From Octopus sinensis (Eukaryota), in NCBI RefSeq assembly GCF_006345805.1, contig NC_042998.1, positions 175,460,001-175,524,000 on the forward strand: a DNA stretch of 64,000 nt, written 5' to 3'. Shown in pieces: positions 1 through 12,424 of the stretch. A program made the position numbers and the translations under genes. The notes under the pieces are model-generated. The model was not told where the DNA came from and made no database searches. It saw only the letters and a list, made by a program, of their open reading frames with translations. How positions within the stretch are numbered: the first letter of the stretch is position 1; every line of letters starts with the position of its first letter.

Positions 1-90
1 AATGTCACAATGTTGCTAAACTGAACGAGTTAGTGGGTCTTTAAAATATTCTTGGTCTATTGTCTAAAAGATTGTTTGTTTTTTTTATAT

Positions 91-517
91 GCCGCAGGAG
101 TGGTTGTATGGTAAGTAGCTTGCTTACGAACCACATGGTTCAGGGTTCAGTCCCACTGCGTGGCACCTTGGGCAAGTGTCTTCTACTATAGCTTCAGGCT
201 GACCAAAGCCTTGTGAGTGGATTTGGTAGACGGGAACTGAAAGAAGCCTGTTGTATATATGTATATGTATGTATATATATATATGTGTGTGTGTGTGTTT
301 GTGTGTCTGTGTTTGTCCCCCCTAACATCGCTTGACGACTGATGCTGGTGTGTTTACGTCTCCGTAACTTAGCGGTTCGGCAAAAAGAGACCGATAGAAT
401 AAGTACTTGGCTTCCAAAGAATAAGTCCTGGGGTTGATTTGCTCGACTAAAGGCGGTGCTCCAGCATGGCCACAGTCAAATAACTGAAACAAGTAAAAGA
501 GTAAAAAAGATTAAGAG
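91..517 (+). mobile_element. tRNA-derived SINE, family A (full length, internal (TA)n(TG)n)
   Basis: A-box-like GTGGTTGTATGGTAAG, B-box-like GGTTCAGTCCC, internal microsatellite and (GAGTAAAA)-type tail. Near-identical copies recur in the window. Confidence 0.9.
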
Positions 518-699
518 TATGCCATTGTATATGTAATACAGCAAGTTAGAAATTTTTGAGTTGTCTCCCTCTTCTCTTTTGATAGTAATTAGTTCTTTAT
601 ATAATATGTTTTCATCATTAAGTGAGTAATTTGATAAAAATTTCTTGGTTGACTGCATTGAGTATGCCAGCTCTTTCTAGAATACTATGCTACACAGTG

Positions 700-1117
700 T
701 GTCTGACATTATCCCAAAACAGCTCTTCTATGGTGAACTCGGCCAGGGCAGGCGCAAAGTTGGAGGGCAGAAGAAGCGCTACAAGGATAGTCTCAAGGTC
801 TCTCTCAAAGACTTCTCCATCGGAACAGAGACCTGGGAGACACTTGCTGCCAACCGCTCATCCTAGCGCAGCGCAATCACCGTGGGAGCAAGGACAGCCG
901 AGGAGGGACGGATTCGGTCAGCGGAGCAGAAACGTCAGATGCGTAAAGCCAGAGCCGCCTGCACCAGTAGCACGGCCCCTACCCACTTCTACCCCACCTG
1001 TGGGAGGGGCTTCCTTGCCCGGATTGGCCTCACCAGCCACCTCCGGTCTCATGGCGCCAGTTCCATCAGATGATGTCAGTTGGTCATCTTCGAACCGAAG
1101 GACGAACATTATTATAT
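700..1117 (+). mobile_element. RTE-clade LINE 3' fragment (C-terminus and tail)
   Basis: Translates to IPKQLFYGELGQGRRKVGGQKKRYKDSLK...TWETLAANRSS*R...PTCGRGFLARIGLTSHLRSH, a typical RTE C-terminus with a zinc-finger remnant. One in-frame stop; short 3' UTR. Confidence 0.9.
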
Positions 1118-2089
1118 AACCCTCAATAACTGTAAATATAAATACCATGTGAGAGGGATATGGCTCACCACTGTAATCTGGGATGGGTTTCCATGTAACC
1201 GTCAAGTGCTTCCTTAGTATGATATAAAGGGCTGTATTTACATCCTCCCATGGACAAAACATGCAGTAAAGACTATCAAGGAAAAATAGTCTTCATTTGA
1301 ATAAAAGTTCATTCACATTGTCGTACTATCCAGTAAGTGAAAGCCACTAAAAATTAAATTTAAAACCATTACCAAACTGTCAGATTGTCAGTGAAATGAA
1401 GAGTGAGTTCTTCATTGATGAAAGACATTTCTATCTAGTGCAAGCTGATAATATTAAAATAGACAAACTGGACATACATACATACAAAATAAGGTGTCCA
1501 AAGCGACAGATTTATATGACAAGCTGCCATCACCAACCATTTTTATTTTTGCATTTTTATTTTTACTCCGTTAAATGGACAAATCCTTTTGAAGGATAAA
1601 ATGAATTCAGATTGAGCCACGAAAGTAGATTGTAGTTAAGAGGCTTTGGGTTATTGCATGCACGAGAAATGAGATGACGGTATCAGTTCAGACATGGAAG
1701 AAATTAAGCAGACATAAAAGCTATTGAAAAATACAGAAATAGAGAAAAATGTAACAGCAATAGAAAAATAGAAAAAAAAATAGTAAAAAGAAAGAGAGAG
1801 GGAGAGAAAGAACAGAAAATTAAATAAAAAAAAACTGCAAAAAGTTTATGAAAAAAAGGAAAGAAAACCGAAGAAGTTGGGAAATGGTATTTGGTTGGTT
1901 TGTTGATTAGTGGTTGTTGGGTTAGGCATGAAGAAATGAAGATGTGTTGGTGGAGTTTTAGGTTTGATTTAAGAGAATTAAACCTTGAAGATGAAACGAT
2001 AAAGGATAGTGTTATGTGGCTGTGAATACACATATACACATACACACACACACACATATACATGCATGTGCACACATGTACATCCACAT

Positions 2090-2339
2090 GAAGAGAGATG
2101 GGGGGAGAGAGAGGAGAGGAGGGGAGGGAGAGTGAGGGGGAGAGTGAGGGAGAGAGGGGGAGAGACAGACAGAGAAAGAGAGAAAGAAACAGAGAGAGCA
2201 TCAGAGAGAGAAACGGAGAGAGAGAGAGGAGAAGGAGGGAGAGAGGGGAGGGAGGGGGGAGAGAGGAGAGACAGACAGAGAAACAGAGAAAGAAACAGAG
2301 AGAGCATCAGAGAGAGAAACGGAGAGAGGGAGAGAAGTG

Positions 2340-2391
<52 letters not shown>

Positions 2392-2610
2392 GATAGATAG
2401 AGAGAAAGATAAAGGATGTGTTGCAAATCTACTCAAACCATGCCAGTATGAAACTTTTGTTGATAATGATGATAATAACAACAATTATGATGACGATAAT
2501 GATGATGATGATGTTAATGATTACAACAATTATGAGGGTGATGGCAATGGTAAAAGAGATCTTGGTGTTGATATGGTGATGAAAGTGATGACAATGACGA
2601 TGATAACAAA
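2090..2610. repeat. GA-rich polypurine tract followed by degenerate (GAT)n
   Basis: Direct reading. A ~60 bp block (GAGACAGACAGAGAAA...GCATCAGAGAGAGAAACGGAGAG) occurs twice. Confidence 0.95.
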
Positions 2611-2944
2611 GTAAAAAGTTGACAAAGATGAGAAAGTATGGGTGTGTGATATTTACAGGATGAAAAACTAGCAAAAAACACTCACAAAAATTAAGACTAA
2701 ATTTATGTAAAGTAATCTAACAAAATAACATGTGTTTAGATTTCTAATTATTTCACCAGTGTATTTTTCTTTTTTTCTCACATCAAAGAAAATTACATAA
2801 ATTAGAGGGTGGTGGGGAAGAGGACAATTTTTCTTTTTCTTTCTTTTTTTTTTTAGCTTGGTTCACTTTTTTTGTTGTTATATTTTCTGACTTTATATTT
2901 TAAAATGCTTCAAATCATAATTTTTGTTATTATGAAGAGTAGTG

Positions 2945-3385
2945 AAAGGAAGAATCAGTAGAGCATCAGAACAAAATGCTTTGTAATATTTTGATATATC
3001 CTGTTACATTCTAAGCTCAAATCTCACTGAAGCTAACTTTGCTTTTCAACTTTCTGGGGGTAGGCGTAGGAGTGGAGATCAAAAGTATGTCACAGTCAAG
3101 TACTTATTTTAATATCAAAATAAAATAAGAAATGGTGTTGTTTAAATTGACTACACTCCTCATTCCGAAATTCGTGATCTTGTGTCAACATTGGCAATCC
3201 TTATCGAACAGAAGATGAAAGGCTGTATCAGTGAGATGTTGGACAAAATAGAATATATAAAATTTAATTACTATCCTTTAGAATATAAGTTCAAATGCTG
3301 CCATGATCAACTTTGATTTTCATCATTTTAGGCTCAATAAAATAAAGTACCAGTCAAGTACTAGGGTTGCCATCAACTAGCTCCC
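2945..3385 (+). mobile_element. Two old, diverged family B SINE copies
   Basis: Degenerate TTCTAAGCTCAAATCTC...TTTGCTTTTCAAC and GTTCAAATGCTGCC...TTTCATCATTTTAGGCTCAATAAAATAAAGTACCAG match the family B core. Confidence 0.6.
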
Positions 3386-4199
3386 TACTTACTTACTTAA
3401 GCCCTTTGCTCCATGTGTCATTAACAACAACTTTTCTCCAATGTTCTGAACTCTAGGCTATACTGTACTTCCCGTTGCATTCATCCCAGGTCTTGTTAGT
3501 TTTGAATTGTCATCAATGCTTCAGTAACTTTGCCTTTTCTAGGAAGGGGTGTTGGTCCTATGCAAACCCACATTTATTTCTGGGAAGAGATGGTCCTTAT
3601 TAGTCTGATATAGCTTAGATTAGAGTGTTCAGTAGAAGTTCCAACATTGTGCAGTGAGTTCAGATCCTACCAAAATCAACTTTATTTTTCATTTTGCTGG
3701 AGAAAAAGTCTCCTTTTGTAATTTTCCAGGTTTTAGAGCCATACATTGGAACTGTCTTTACCAAAGTTTTGAACACTTTCATTTTGGTACTAGAGCAGTC
3801 ACAGGTGTTGCCATCAGAGTCATTGAGGCACACAATACAACAAGGACTGGACCTTATGGTGGATCTAGCGCCCTGCATCCCCTCAAAGTTTCAGTATCTT
3901 GTGACTATATTTTCCTCTTAATTTGGCATTGCAGCAGAAGGATTTCTTGAAGTAGTTAGATATAACATAATTAAATGTAGATTGTGTATGTGTGCAAGAC
4001 TGGGAAGCTTTTCTTTCAAAGACTAGCAGTTGTCTATGCATGCAAGTTTCTTCTCTCTATGTCACTGATGTTTTCCAAAGAAAAAGCATGGCTGATATAG
4101 CTTGGTATAGGTGCTGTCTAAGGTTTAAAAAATTCAGACAATTTACAACCCTGGATTATTACTTTTTCTCCTCTTTCCACTTTGTGTTAGGTGGCACAG

Positions 4200-4590
4200 T
4201 AGAAAATGAAGAGAAAAGCAACAGTGGGAAGTTCACCAGCAATGCAGCGCAGCCAAAGGCAGAGAGGCTGGTGAAGAATGGACCGCACACAGGCTTGAAA
4301 GGTGAATACCAGGAAGTGCAAGATCCTGAAAAGGAATTCCAAAAATGCAGACACCATCTTGATGAATGGAATGACATTGGAAGAAGTCTACAAGTTTGAA
4401 TACCAAGGAGCCTTTGTCCCTCACATTGGAAGTGGTACCATGGACCTGGAGAACAAACTGGCTAAAGCCTGAACCACATTCAATCTCAAGAGCTTCTGTG
4501 GATCCAACATTAGAATACCAAACTGTTCAAAACTTTGGTAAAGACAGTTCCGATGTATGGCTCTAAAACCTGGAAAATTACAAAAGGAGA
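4200..4590 (+). mobile_element. Decayed RTE-type reverse transcriptase C-terminal fragment
   Basis: MNGMTLEEVYKFEYQG...DLENKLAKA*...LFKTLVKTVPMYGSKTWKIT matches the RTE pattern LEEV.KF.YLG...LYG.ETW. Contains stops and frameshifts. Confidence 0.75.
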
Positions 4591-4822
4591 CTTTTTCTCC
4601 AGCAAAATGAAAAATAAAGTTGATTTTTGTAGGATCTGAACTCACTGCACAATGTTGGAACTTCTACTGAATACTCTAATCATTCTGTCAATTCACCATT
4701 TGTCAGTATATCAGGGTATCTATATATAGTTGCTATTGTCTAAATATACATATGTGTCTATGTATGTTTGAATGTGTTTATAAATGTTTGTGTGTGTCTG
4801 CATATGCATGTGTGTGTCAATA

Positions 4823-5541
4823 TATGAGGGTGGGCCAAAAAGTTCATAGGCTGACTATGAAGGAGTGATGCTAGAGCTGTGAAATCTTGCATGCATTAAT
4901 TTCAGCATTTCTTATTAATAATTGTATAGTTCATGTCTCATTAAACTGGCATCTCGTTGTTCAATGAAGACTTCAAAAGTAATTAGTAACAACTTCCCTT
5001 GAAAATGGACAAAATTTGGCATCCTGGTGTTATCAAGTATCTGCAGAAAAAAGGTTTATACTCCCATGACATTCTTGCTGACAAGGTTGCTACTTTAGGG
5101 GATGGCACTTCAGCTTTATCAACAGTGCAAAAGTGGGCAGCTGAATTTAGGAGGGGTATGTAGAGTCTTGAAGATGTCTCAAGATCTAGACATCCTGCAA
5201 CTGCCAGTATATGGTGATGGACGACTGGTTATAGACTATAAATCAAAAGGCCAATACTGTTAGCATATCCTGTGAGAGAGTTGAGAATATTCTGCACAAT
5301 GAACTTGGTATGACGAAGGTTTGTTTGGTGGGTGCCACATCTGCTGACACCTGATCAAAAGCACACCAGGCTTATCACATCACTGGGAAATCTGACATTA
5401 TTTCATGCAGGTCTAGCTGGTTTCTTTACCCAGGATGAGTGTTGGTTTTATCACTTTGAGTGAGACCAAATAAACCTCATTTGGTCACATTCCATGAGAG
5501 TATCTTGATCAGCCTATGAACTTTTCAGCTGACCCTGGCAT
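4823..5541 (+). mobile_element. Internally deleted mariner transposon (transposase pseudogene with both TIRs)
   Basis: TIRs GAGGGTGGGCCAAAAAGTTCATAGGCTGA and TCAGCCTATGAACTTTTCAGCTGACCCTG. From 5005: MDKIWHPGVIKYLQKKG...STVQKWAAEFRRG, then WVPHLLT (WVPHEL motif) and TQDECW (first catalytic D). The rest is deleted. Confidence 0.9.
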
Positions 5542-6664
5542 GCCTGTGTATATCTATATATGCTTGTGTAAGCTTATATGTTTGCGTGTCTATATATGCA
5601 TGTGTGTGCCTATGTATGCTTGTGTGTATGTGTAAATATGCTTGTGTGTGTCCAAATATTCATGTGTATGTCTATATGCATGTGTGGGTCAATATATGCA
5701 ATTGCATGCCTGTAAATACATATGTCTAGATATGCTTGAGCATGTCTATATTGCATATGTGTGCCTATATATGTTTATGTGTCTCTATGTATATGTTTAA
5801 GTATTATAAAGTCACTTAAATAAACATGGTGATGAAATACAGTGTTAATTGTGCTGATTTCATATTCAGAGATCTGAAGAGATGACTATCACTCATATAA
5901 CACATGAATGATCTGCTGTAATTTAAGTGTTTTATAAGCCTATTGAAGACCATGAATAATAAATATTTTTTAATGAAATTGCTACTTAATATTGGTTTTA
6001 AAATATGTATTTTCTCTATTGTATTAGATTAAATTTTGTTTATGTCAAACCACTTTGCATCACAAATGTAATGTTAATTTACTATTTTTTAAAAAAATTT
6101 TGATAATTTTGTTTCATAAATTATATTTTAAAGCATGCAACAACAATGACAGCAACAATGATAATTCATTGTTACAGACAAAACAATTCATTACTATATT
6201 TTAAAATAAGATTATTAGAGGAGGAAATACAATATCCATAACCTTTGAAGGTTCTCATAGACTGAATTGGCGTAACCACTGACAAACACGAATATCAACA
6301 GATTAAGGGTTATAGGAAAAAACATGGGTTGGGATTAAACTGATAGTCTGGTTAGAAAGCTTGTGGTAAAGTTGAACTCCATTAAAGGCACTTAAGGATC
6401 AGGTTATGGGGTTAAACAGAATGATGTGTTAGGTCCATTACAAGTTAGATCTATCATCTAATGTTATGAAGTAGTCTAACCTTTTAGCGTTCAGATTAAT
6501 TTGTCAAATGTAATGCTTATCTGTTCACATTAATTTTGATTTATTCAGGTTCAAGTGGGGTGTCCACAATATTTGCTTGTAACTTTGTTAATTTTCTACA
6601 TACAGATTTGAAATTTTGTAAATGGGTGCTTGTATGCCAGTGGTTTATAGTTACGTAATTTTAG

Positions 6665-6932
6665 CTGATCTGTGCCAGTGGCACGTGTAAAAAGATTCGA
6701 GCAAGGTCGTTGCCAGTACCGCCTGACTGGCCCCCATGCCGGTGGCACGTAAAAAGCACCCGTTGTGCTCTCGGAGTGGTTGGCGTTAGGAAGGGTATCT
6801 AGCTGTAGAAACTCTGCCAGATCAAGACTGAAGCCTGGTGCAGCCATCTGGTTCACCAGCCCTTAGTCAAAATCGTCCAACCCATGCTAGCATGGAAAGC
6901 GGACGTTAAATGATGATGATGATGATGATGAT
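6665..6932 (+). mobile_element. 5'-truncated 3' UTR of the PHD-RTE LINE family with (GAT)n tail
   Basis: GCCGGTGGCACGTAAAAAGCACC...TTAGGAAGGG...CCCATGCTAGCATGGAAAGCGGACGTTAAA(TGA)n. The same sequence is joined to RT-coding DNA at 12583-13790. Confidence 0.85.
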
Positions 6933-7249
6933 TTAGTATCACACAGATATGTACATATTCATGCTTTGTGGTAATCGGCAAAACTGTCAACTGGTATATG
7001 ACAGGTATATGATTTCATTCCTGTAGGCATTTCTGTTCATTTATATATATACTGAGTATATCCCAGTCTTAGAAGAGATATCCGACATTCCTGTATGCAG
7101 TAAGGGGCAACTAAAAGGGTTGGTGACAGAAAGGGTATTTGGCTGTAAAACATAGCCTCAGAAAAAACTATCCTTTTGCGAAAAAAGTTGATGTTCTTGT
7201 TTTAGAACCAAAGATTAACAGAACATGCACTATAGCATGACACATGAGC

Positions 7250-7457
7250 CAATGAGGAAGCCTCTACGTGGTGTTCAGTCTGCTAAAAATAGAAACCAAA
7301 TACATCTCAATCCACAACCTATCATCCCAGAAAAGGACAGATAATGTAGTACTGAACTCCCTCAGTATAGGAAAAGAAAGGATAGTCACAGCTGGGTCAA
7401 CTTTGATCATAGTTTTATTCAGTCAGAGCCAACATGGGATTAAACCACAGCAACAAC
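7250..7457 (+). mobile_element. Unclassified short interspersed repeat (~200 bp)
   Basis: Motif series AATAG(C/A)A(G/A)CCAAAT...GATAATGTA...GTCACAGCTGG...TTGATCA. Related copies near 7920-8030, 25940-26060, 35270-35475 and 53000-53200 (+), and near 21010-21180 and 62880-63010 (-). Confidence 0.55.
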
Positions 7458-8218
7458 TTGAGACATATATTTGAGAAACAATGATTCTCCTATGGCATCA
7501 GCAAAGCCTTTGATTGAGTTTGGTATGACAACCTGTTAGTCAAGTTGCTCACTCATGAGCTCCGTCCATCATTTGTCATTCAAATGTGAAGTATCATGTC
7601 AGGCCACTCCAATACAGCATATGCTAACAAGTTCTCTCTTTCTCTCTTTGTTTGTTTGTTTTTTTGTTTGTTTGTTTCTTTCTTTCTTTCTTCCTTCCTT
7701 TGTTTGTTTGTTTGTTTGTTTGTTTGTTTGTTTCCTTCTTTCTTTCTTTCTTTCTTACCTACACTTTATCAGCTATGATATACCTCAAGGTTTAGCTATA
7801 TTATCAACACCCTTTCTTCTGTACATTTTTGAACTTATCTATAATAACACACGCACAGACCTAAGCAGTAAATCTATCCTTCATTCTTTCTTATCCTTTT
7901 GCAAACAAATTTCAACCAGGAACCTCTGTGTGGTTACATGACCAACCAGAAATAGCAACCAAATCTCTCTGAAATCATACTTTCCTTCCTAGAAAAGAAC
8001 ACACTGAATAATATGTACTCCATAGTCTGGAGTACATTCAACCTTGTGTGTGAATTTTTGTGCTTGTGTTTGAACCCCACCACCACCACTGCCGGACAAC
8101 TGGAGTTGGTTTGTTTATTTCCTTGTTATCTAGCAGTTCAGCAAAAGTAACCGATAAAATAAGTACTAAGCTGGAAAAAAAAGTACAGGGATTGATTCAT
8201 TCAGCTAAAACCCTTTAA

Positions 8219-8437
8219 CACTTTAGTATTTAAACTGGTCATATCCAGCCCAAATATTCTATTGTTTTATGTTCAAACTAGCCAACTTTGGACTCTCACC
8301 CCTACCCTACAATGTCATTCTAAAAATATATAATCACATAATTGAAGTTTCAAAGCTACAAGATAAACCAAGATTAATTCATAACAGTATGGATAAATAA
8401 GCATTACATTTGAGAGAGAAATCTGAATGTTATAGGG
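8219..8437. mobile_element. piggyBac-like MITE inserted in a family A SINE tail
   Basis: TTAA flanks both ends (8215-8218, 8438-8441). Imperfect TIRs CACTTTAGTATTTA and TGAATGTTATAGGG. The host SINE (8045-8495) resumes after it. Partial inverted copy at ~6477-6545. Confidence 0.7.
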
Positions 8438-8587
8438 TTAAGGTGGTACTTCAGCATAGTTGTAGTCCAAAGACTGAAGCAAGAAAAAGAATGAAAAAAC
8501 ACGAAAGAATCCAATTTTTATCCAACTTGGAACATGATCAATTTCCTGTGTAAAGTTTATACATTTAAATCTTTTGTGCCTTATAAC

Positions 8588-8863
8588 GTGTGCCAGCCTC
8601 GGCTGGCCTCCGTGCCGGTGGCATGTAAAAAGCACCATCCAATCGTGACCGTTTGCCAGCCTCGTCTGGCACCTGTGCTGGTGGCATGTAAAAAGCACCC
8701 AGTACACTCACAGAGTGGTTGGTGTTAGGAAGGGCATCCAGCCGTAGAAACATTGCCAGATCACATTGGGCCTGGTGCAGCCTTCTGGCTTCCCAGACCC
8801 CAGTTGAACCGTCCAACCCATGCTAGCATGGAAAGCGGACGCTAAACGAAGATGATGATGATG
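8588..8863 (+). mobile_element. 3' UTR fragment of the PHD-RTE LINE family
   Basis: Two GTGC(C/T)GGTGGCATGTAAAAAGCACC units and a (GAT)n tail. Confidence 0.85.
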
Positions 8864-9504
8864 AATGTAACACACTCACCGGTAAAATTTCCATTTTTTT
8901 CTTATTTTTATTGTCCTAAAATTTTTGTTGCGTCTTGCAACCTTTTCAAGAGTCAAAACTATTGAAAAGGTTGCAAGACACAATGGAAATTTTAATCTTT
9001 GTTATGTTTAAAACACAAAGAAAGTTACTGCTATCAAATTTCCTACTTTAACATGTGGCACCTAAGTGCAAACTAGTAATATGTCAACGAGAAGAGTAAA
9101 TAAATTGTTAATCTCCAAAGTAGGATTGAAACCGAAACTAAGCGGCCAAGTAGTCTAGAGTTATGTTAACCACTCCTGCCAAAATATAACTAAGCTGCAT
9201 TCTTATTACCAATATCTAAAAAGTGTATTAAGACATACGAACTAATCCATTTCCTTAAGTGCTCTTCTTTAATAATTGATTATATAATAATAAGTATTAC
9301 TGTCATATATGTCACAAACTGATCTGAGTTGTTAAAATGAAAACACTCACCTTGGATATAATCTCAAAAGAACTAATAACATAGTTCGGTATCAATGCCC
9401 TTTTATTTATGATAAGAATTGTAAATAATGATAAAAAATAATATATACACTTCGGAAACAAAACAAAATAAAACAAGAAAACCAATGACTTAGATGCCTT
9501 GTTT

Positions 9505-9815
9505 AGTGGAGGCACATGGCCTAGTGGTTAGAGCAGTGGACTCGTGGTCGAGGGATCGCGGGTTCGAATATCAGACCGGGCAATGTGTGTGTTTATGAGC
9601 GAAACATCTAAGCTCCATGTGGCTCTGGCAGAAGGTAATGGCGAACTTCTGCTGACTCTTTCACCACAACTTTCTCTCACTCTTTCCTCCTGCATCTTGC
9701 AGCTCACCTGCGACAGACCGGTGTCCCATCCAGGTGGGGACCTATAAGCCAAAGAAACCGGGAAACCGGCCCTTGTGAGCCAGGCATGGCTTGAGAAGGA
9801 ACTGAATCATCAATC
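9505..9815 (+). mobile_element. tRNA-derived SINE, family C (tail type 1) with 13 bp TSD
   Basis: A-box TGGCCTAGTGG, B-box GGTTCGAAT. TSD AGATGCCTTGTTT at 9492-9504 and 9816-9828. Confidence 0.9.
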
Positions 9816-10094
9816 AGATGCCTTGTTTCCTCTCTCAGACTATAGTTTCTACAATTGTCTCTCTTCCTTGAATTTACCTGCTGCATACTGCATTCACCAG
9901 CAGAATTGCATGAAGTTTTAGTCAAACCTTTTCTTATTTAAGGAAGGTTACCATAGATAAAAGTTTCTGCTTTCCTCCTGAGGGCAATAAAGAAATATAT
10001 AAGTAAAGATTAAGTGAGTAGTCTTATGTACTTTAGAATTATTTTGTATCGTTGATATTTAGTTCTAATTTATGATTTTACTGTCACCAGAAAA

Positions 10095-10473
10095 ATACAA
10101 GTATTGATCAAAATCGAAATCGATCAACATCAATGGAAATTGTAGCTGTAATACCAGAGCTGGTGGCACATAAGAGAACCATCTGAACGTGGCCATTGCC
10201 AGCGCCACTCTGATTGGCCTCCGTGCCGGTGGCATGTAAAAAACACCATCCGATCGTGGCTGTTGCCAGCCTTGCCTGGCCTCTGTGCCGGTGGCATGTA
10301 AAAAGGCCCCCACTACACTCATGGAGTAGTTGATGTTAGGAAGGGCATCCAGCCGCAGAAACATTGCCAGATCAGACAGGGCCTGATGCAGCCTTCTGGC
10401 TTCCCAGACCCCAGTTGAACCGTCCAACCCATGCTAGCATGGAAAGCAGATGCTAAACGATGATGATGATGAT
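10095..10473 (+). mobile_element. 3' UTR fragment of the PHD-RTE LINE family
   Basis: Three GGTGGCA...AAAA..CC units and a (GAT)n tail; homologous to the reverse complement of 12585-12945. Confidence 0.85.
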
Positions 10474-11311
10474 CACTACAATGCAAATCTATAGTTATTG
10501 TGTGTGGTTAATATTACTAAGCTTTGACCTATTTTAATGATGTCCAAATGTAAAACCAGTACCATATAGACATTTAAATTTGTAAATTAGAAAATTAGAT
10601 TGATGGACCTTGATTTCTCCATAAGATCTTCCTTAAATGTTTCATGGCTATAAAGAAAATATTTATGTTTTTAATTCTAACAATGTATTCTTGCAACAGA
10701 AAATACAATTTTCATTTTGATATAGTACATCTTATAGTTTTCTTATATTTTTATTTTGTGCAATGACTTAATTTGCACAAAATCTATTTTGATGACCATT
10801 CTTTAATACTTTTTAAAGACGTACAATATACTTTATTTTAAAATGAAGTTGAATAAGTTTACTATATAATTTTCAGTAGAGCCTATTTTAAGTCATTCAA
10901 AGTCAACATTAAGAAATCGTCATCTAACATGACTTCCTTAACTGATGGGAAACAAGAAACAACAGATGTTCCCTTTGTATTTTGAATTGTTGATATCTAT
11001 AAATAAATACATGAACTTGGAAACATGAAAACATGTTCTACATTGTAATGAGTTGCACACAATTAAGAAAAAAAGTTTAAAAAAGTTAAAATGAAAAGCA
11101 ATTTATTTCCCATTGTTAAAAGTATCCTGGACAGAGCTTGAATATACTTTGCTTTATTAAGAACACAAAAAGACATCCTTCATTGTTGCTGTATTGTTAT
11201 TTCAACTTTACTAGATTGATTTCATGCAAATCGTATGATAGTTAAAACTTTCCTTTATATTTTATCTATGCTTTGTGATGTTTCATCTATGCTTTCAAAG
11301 CTATATGCATT

Positions 11312-11730
11312 TGTAACAGGATGAAAGGTCTGTAACACTGGAGGGATACAGCTCTCATCCCTTACATTAAATTATTAATTGAAGGAAAAGCCAAGACTTC
11401 CGAATATCTTCAACAGCATAAATATTTTATTTCTGGATTTGCAATATATACATTCTTCTTCAGGGCGAATCGGTAGCCTAGGAGCTAGTCACAGTAGTCA
11501 AGTGGAGTGAGTATAGTATAGTATAGCAATGCCACGCCACGGGGTAGCAGTTTGAGAGAGACACTACAACACGACCGTCCTGTTCGACTGTCAGCGTTCG
11601 AGAGAGATCGATACGCAGGAAATTTTGCTGCTGCTAGTTTTCTGCGCATGCGGAAACTTCTAGCAGGCCTTCCAGAAGAATCCAAATTCTGCACATGCGT
11701 GCTGAAGATTTCCAAAATGGCGTCACTACA
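11312..11730 (-). mobile_element. Solo LTR (Gypsy-like, 4 bp TSD)
   Basis: Termini TGTAAC...CACTACA, CATT duplicated at 11308-11311 and 11731-11734, AATAAA on the minus strand near 11430, CpG-rich relative to the flanks. Confidence 0.8.
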
Positions 11731-12424
11731 CATTTATGGAATGCTTTTTGCTATTCACTTGTCAGATTTGTGGTGTATTGATGAATTTCGATATCAGAAG
11801 ATCAAACAGATGATGAAATATTTACTGATATTCTTTTGAAAAAATTTTTACTAATAGTGAAGTATTTCCAACTTTTGCTTGTCCTCCAACATATTTGACT
11901 CTGGAACTCCATCACTATCATCTTTATCTCAATCGCAACTACTCACACTCTGATATAATTTGTGGTAGCCGTATCTACTGCAAGACACCCATGTTTGTCC
12001 CTCTCTTATACTGAAACCTTGCAACCCTTGGCATAAAGCCATTTTTACTCCCTCAAATGCTCTGCTCAATTGCTTTTCCTTTTTCTTCCTCCCTATTCTT
12101 TTCCCCTTGCATGAAAAAAAAAAGCACACATATAGTGGTTAGCATTAGGAAGGGCATCAAGCTGTTGAAACCAAGGCTGACACTGGACCTCAGCATAGCC
12201 ATGTGGCTCACCAGATCCTGTGACACCGTCCAACCTATGCCAGCATGGAAAACAGACATTAAATGATGATGATGTGTGATGTACTTCATACAAAAATTTC
12301 TCTAAATACTTGGATCCTGGAACCAAGCTAGCCATCAGATGGAACATTTTATTTATCAAAATCTGTTAGTACTTTATAAAAAACAGCACAGATATGAATG
12401 TATGTATGTATGTATGTATGTATG

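Noticed and set aside
622-1262. Overlapping 165 aa and 114 aa ORFs
   Set aside because: These are alternative frames of a GC-rich RTE fragment.
1704-2674. Long low-complexity ORFs (also at 32572-34559, 35964-36234 and 58961-59308)
   Set aside because: Read-through of GA, CA, TA and CATA microsatellites.
3992-4399. 135 aa ORF with an apparent splice acceptor at 4190
   Set aside because: Another frame matches decayed RTE RT motifs, and no convincing donor or host-protein similarity is seen.
9505-9580. tRNA gene (also the heads at 42273 and 60851 and families A and B)
   Set aside because: These are SINE heads: the cloverleaf is incomplete, the sequence continues into a SINE body, and TSDs flank two of the copies.
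9340-9930. Possible minus-strand micro-exons (AAG|GTGAGT near 9350; CAG|GTAAAT near 9877)
   Set aside because: Acceptors are weak and no protein is recognisable; this cannot be supported without RNA data.
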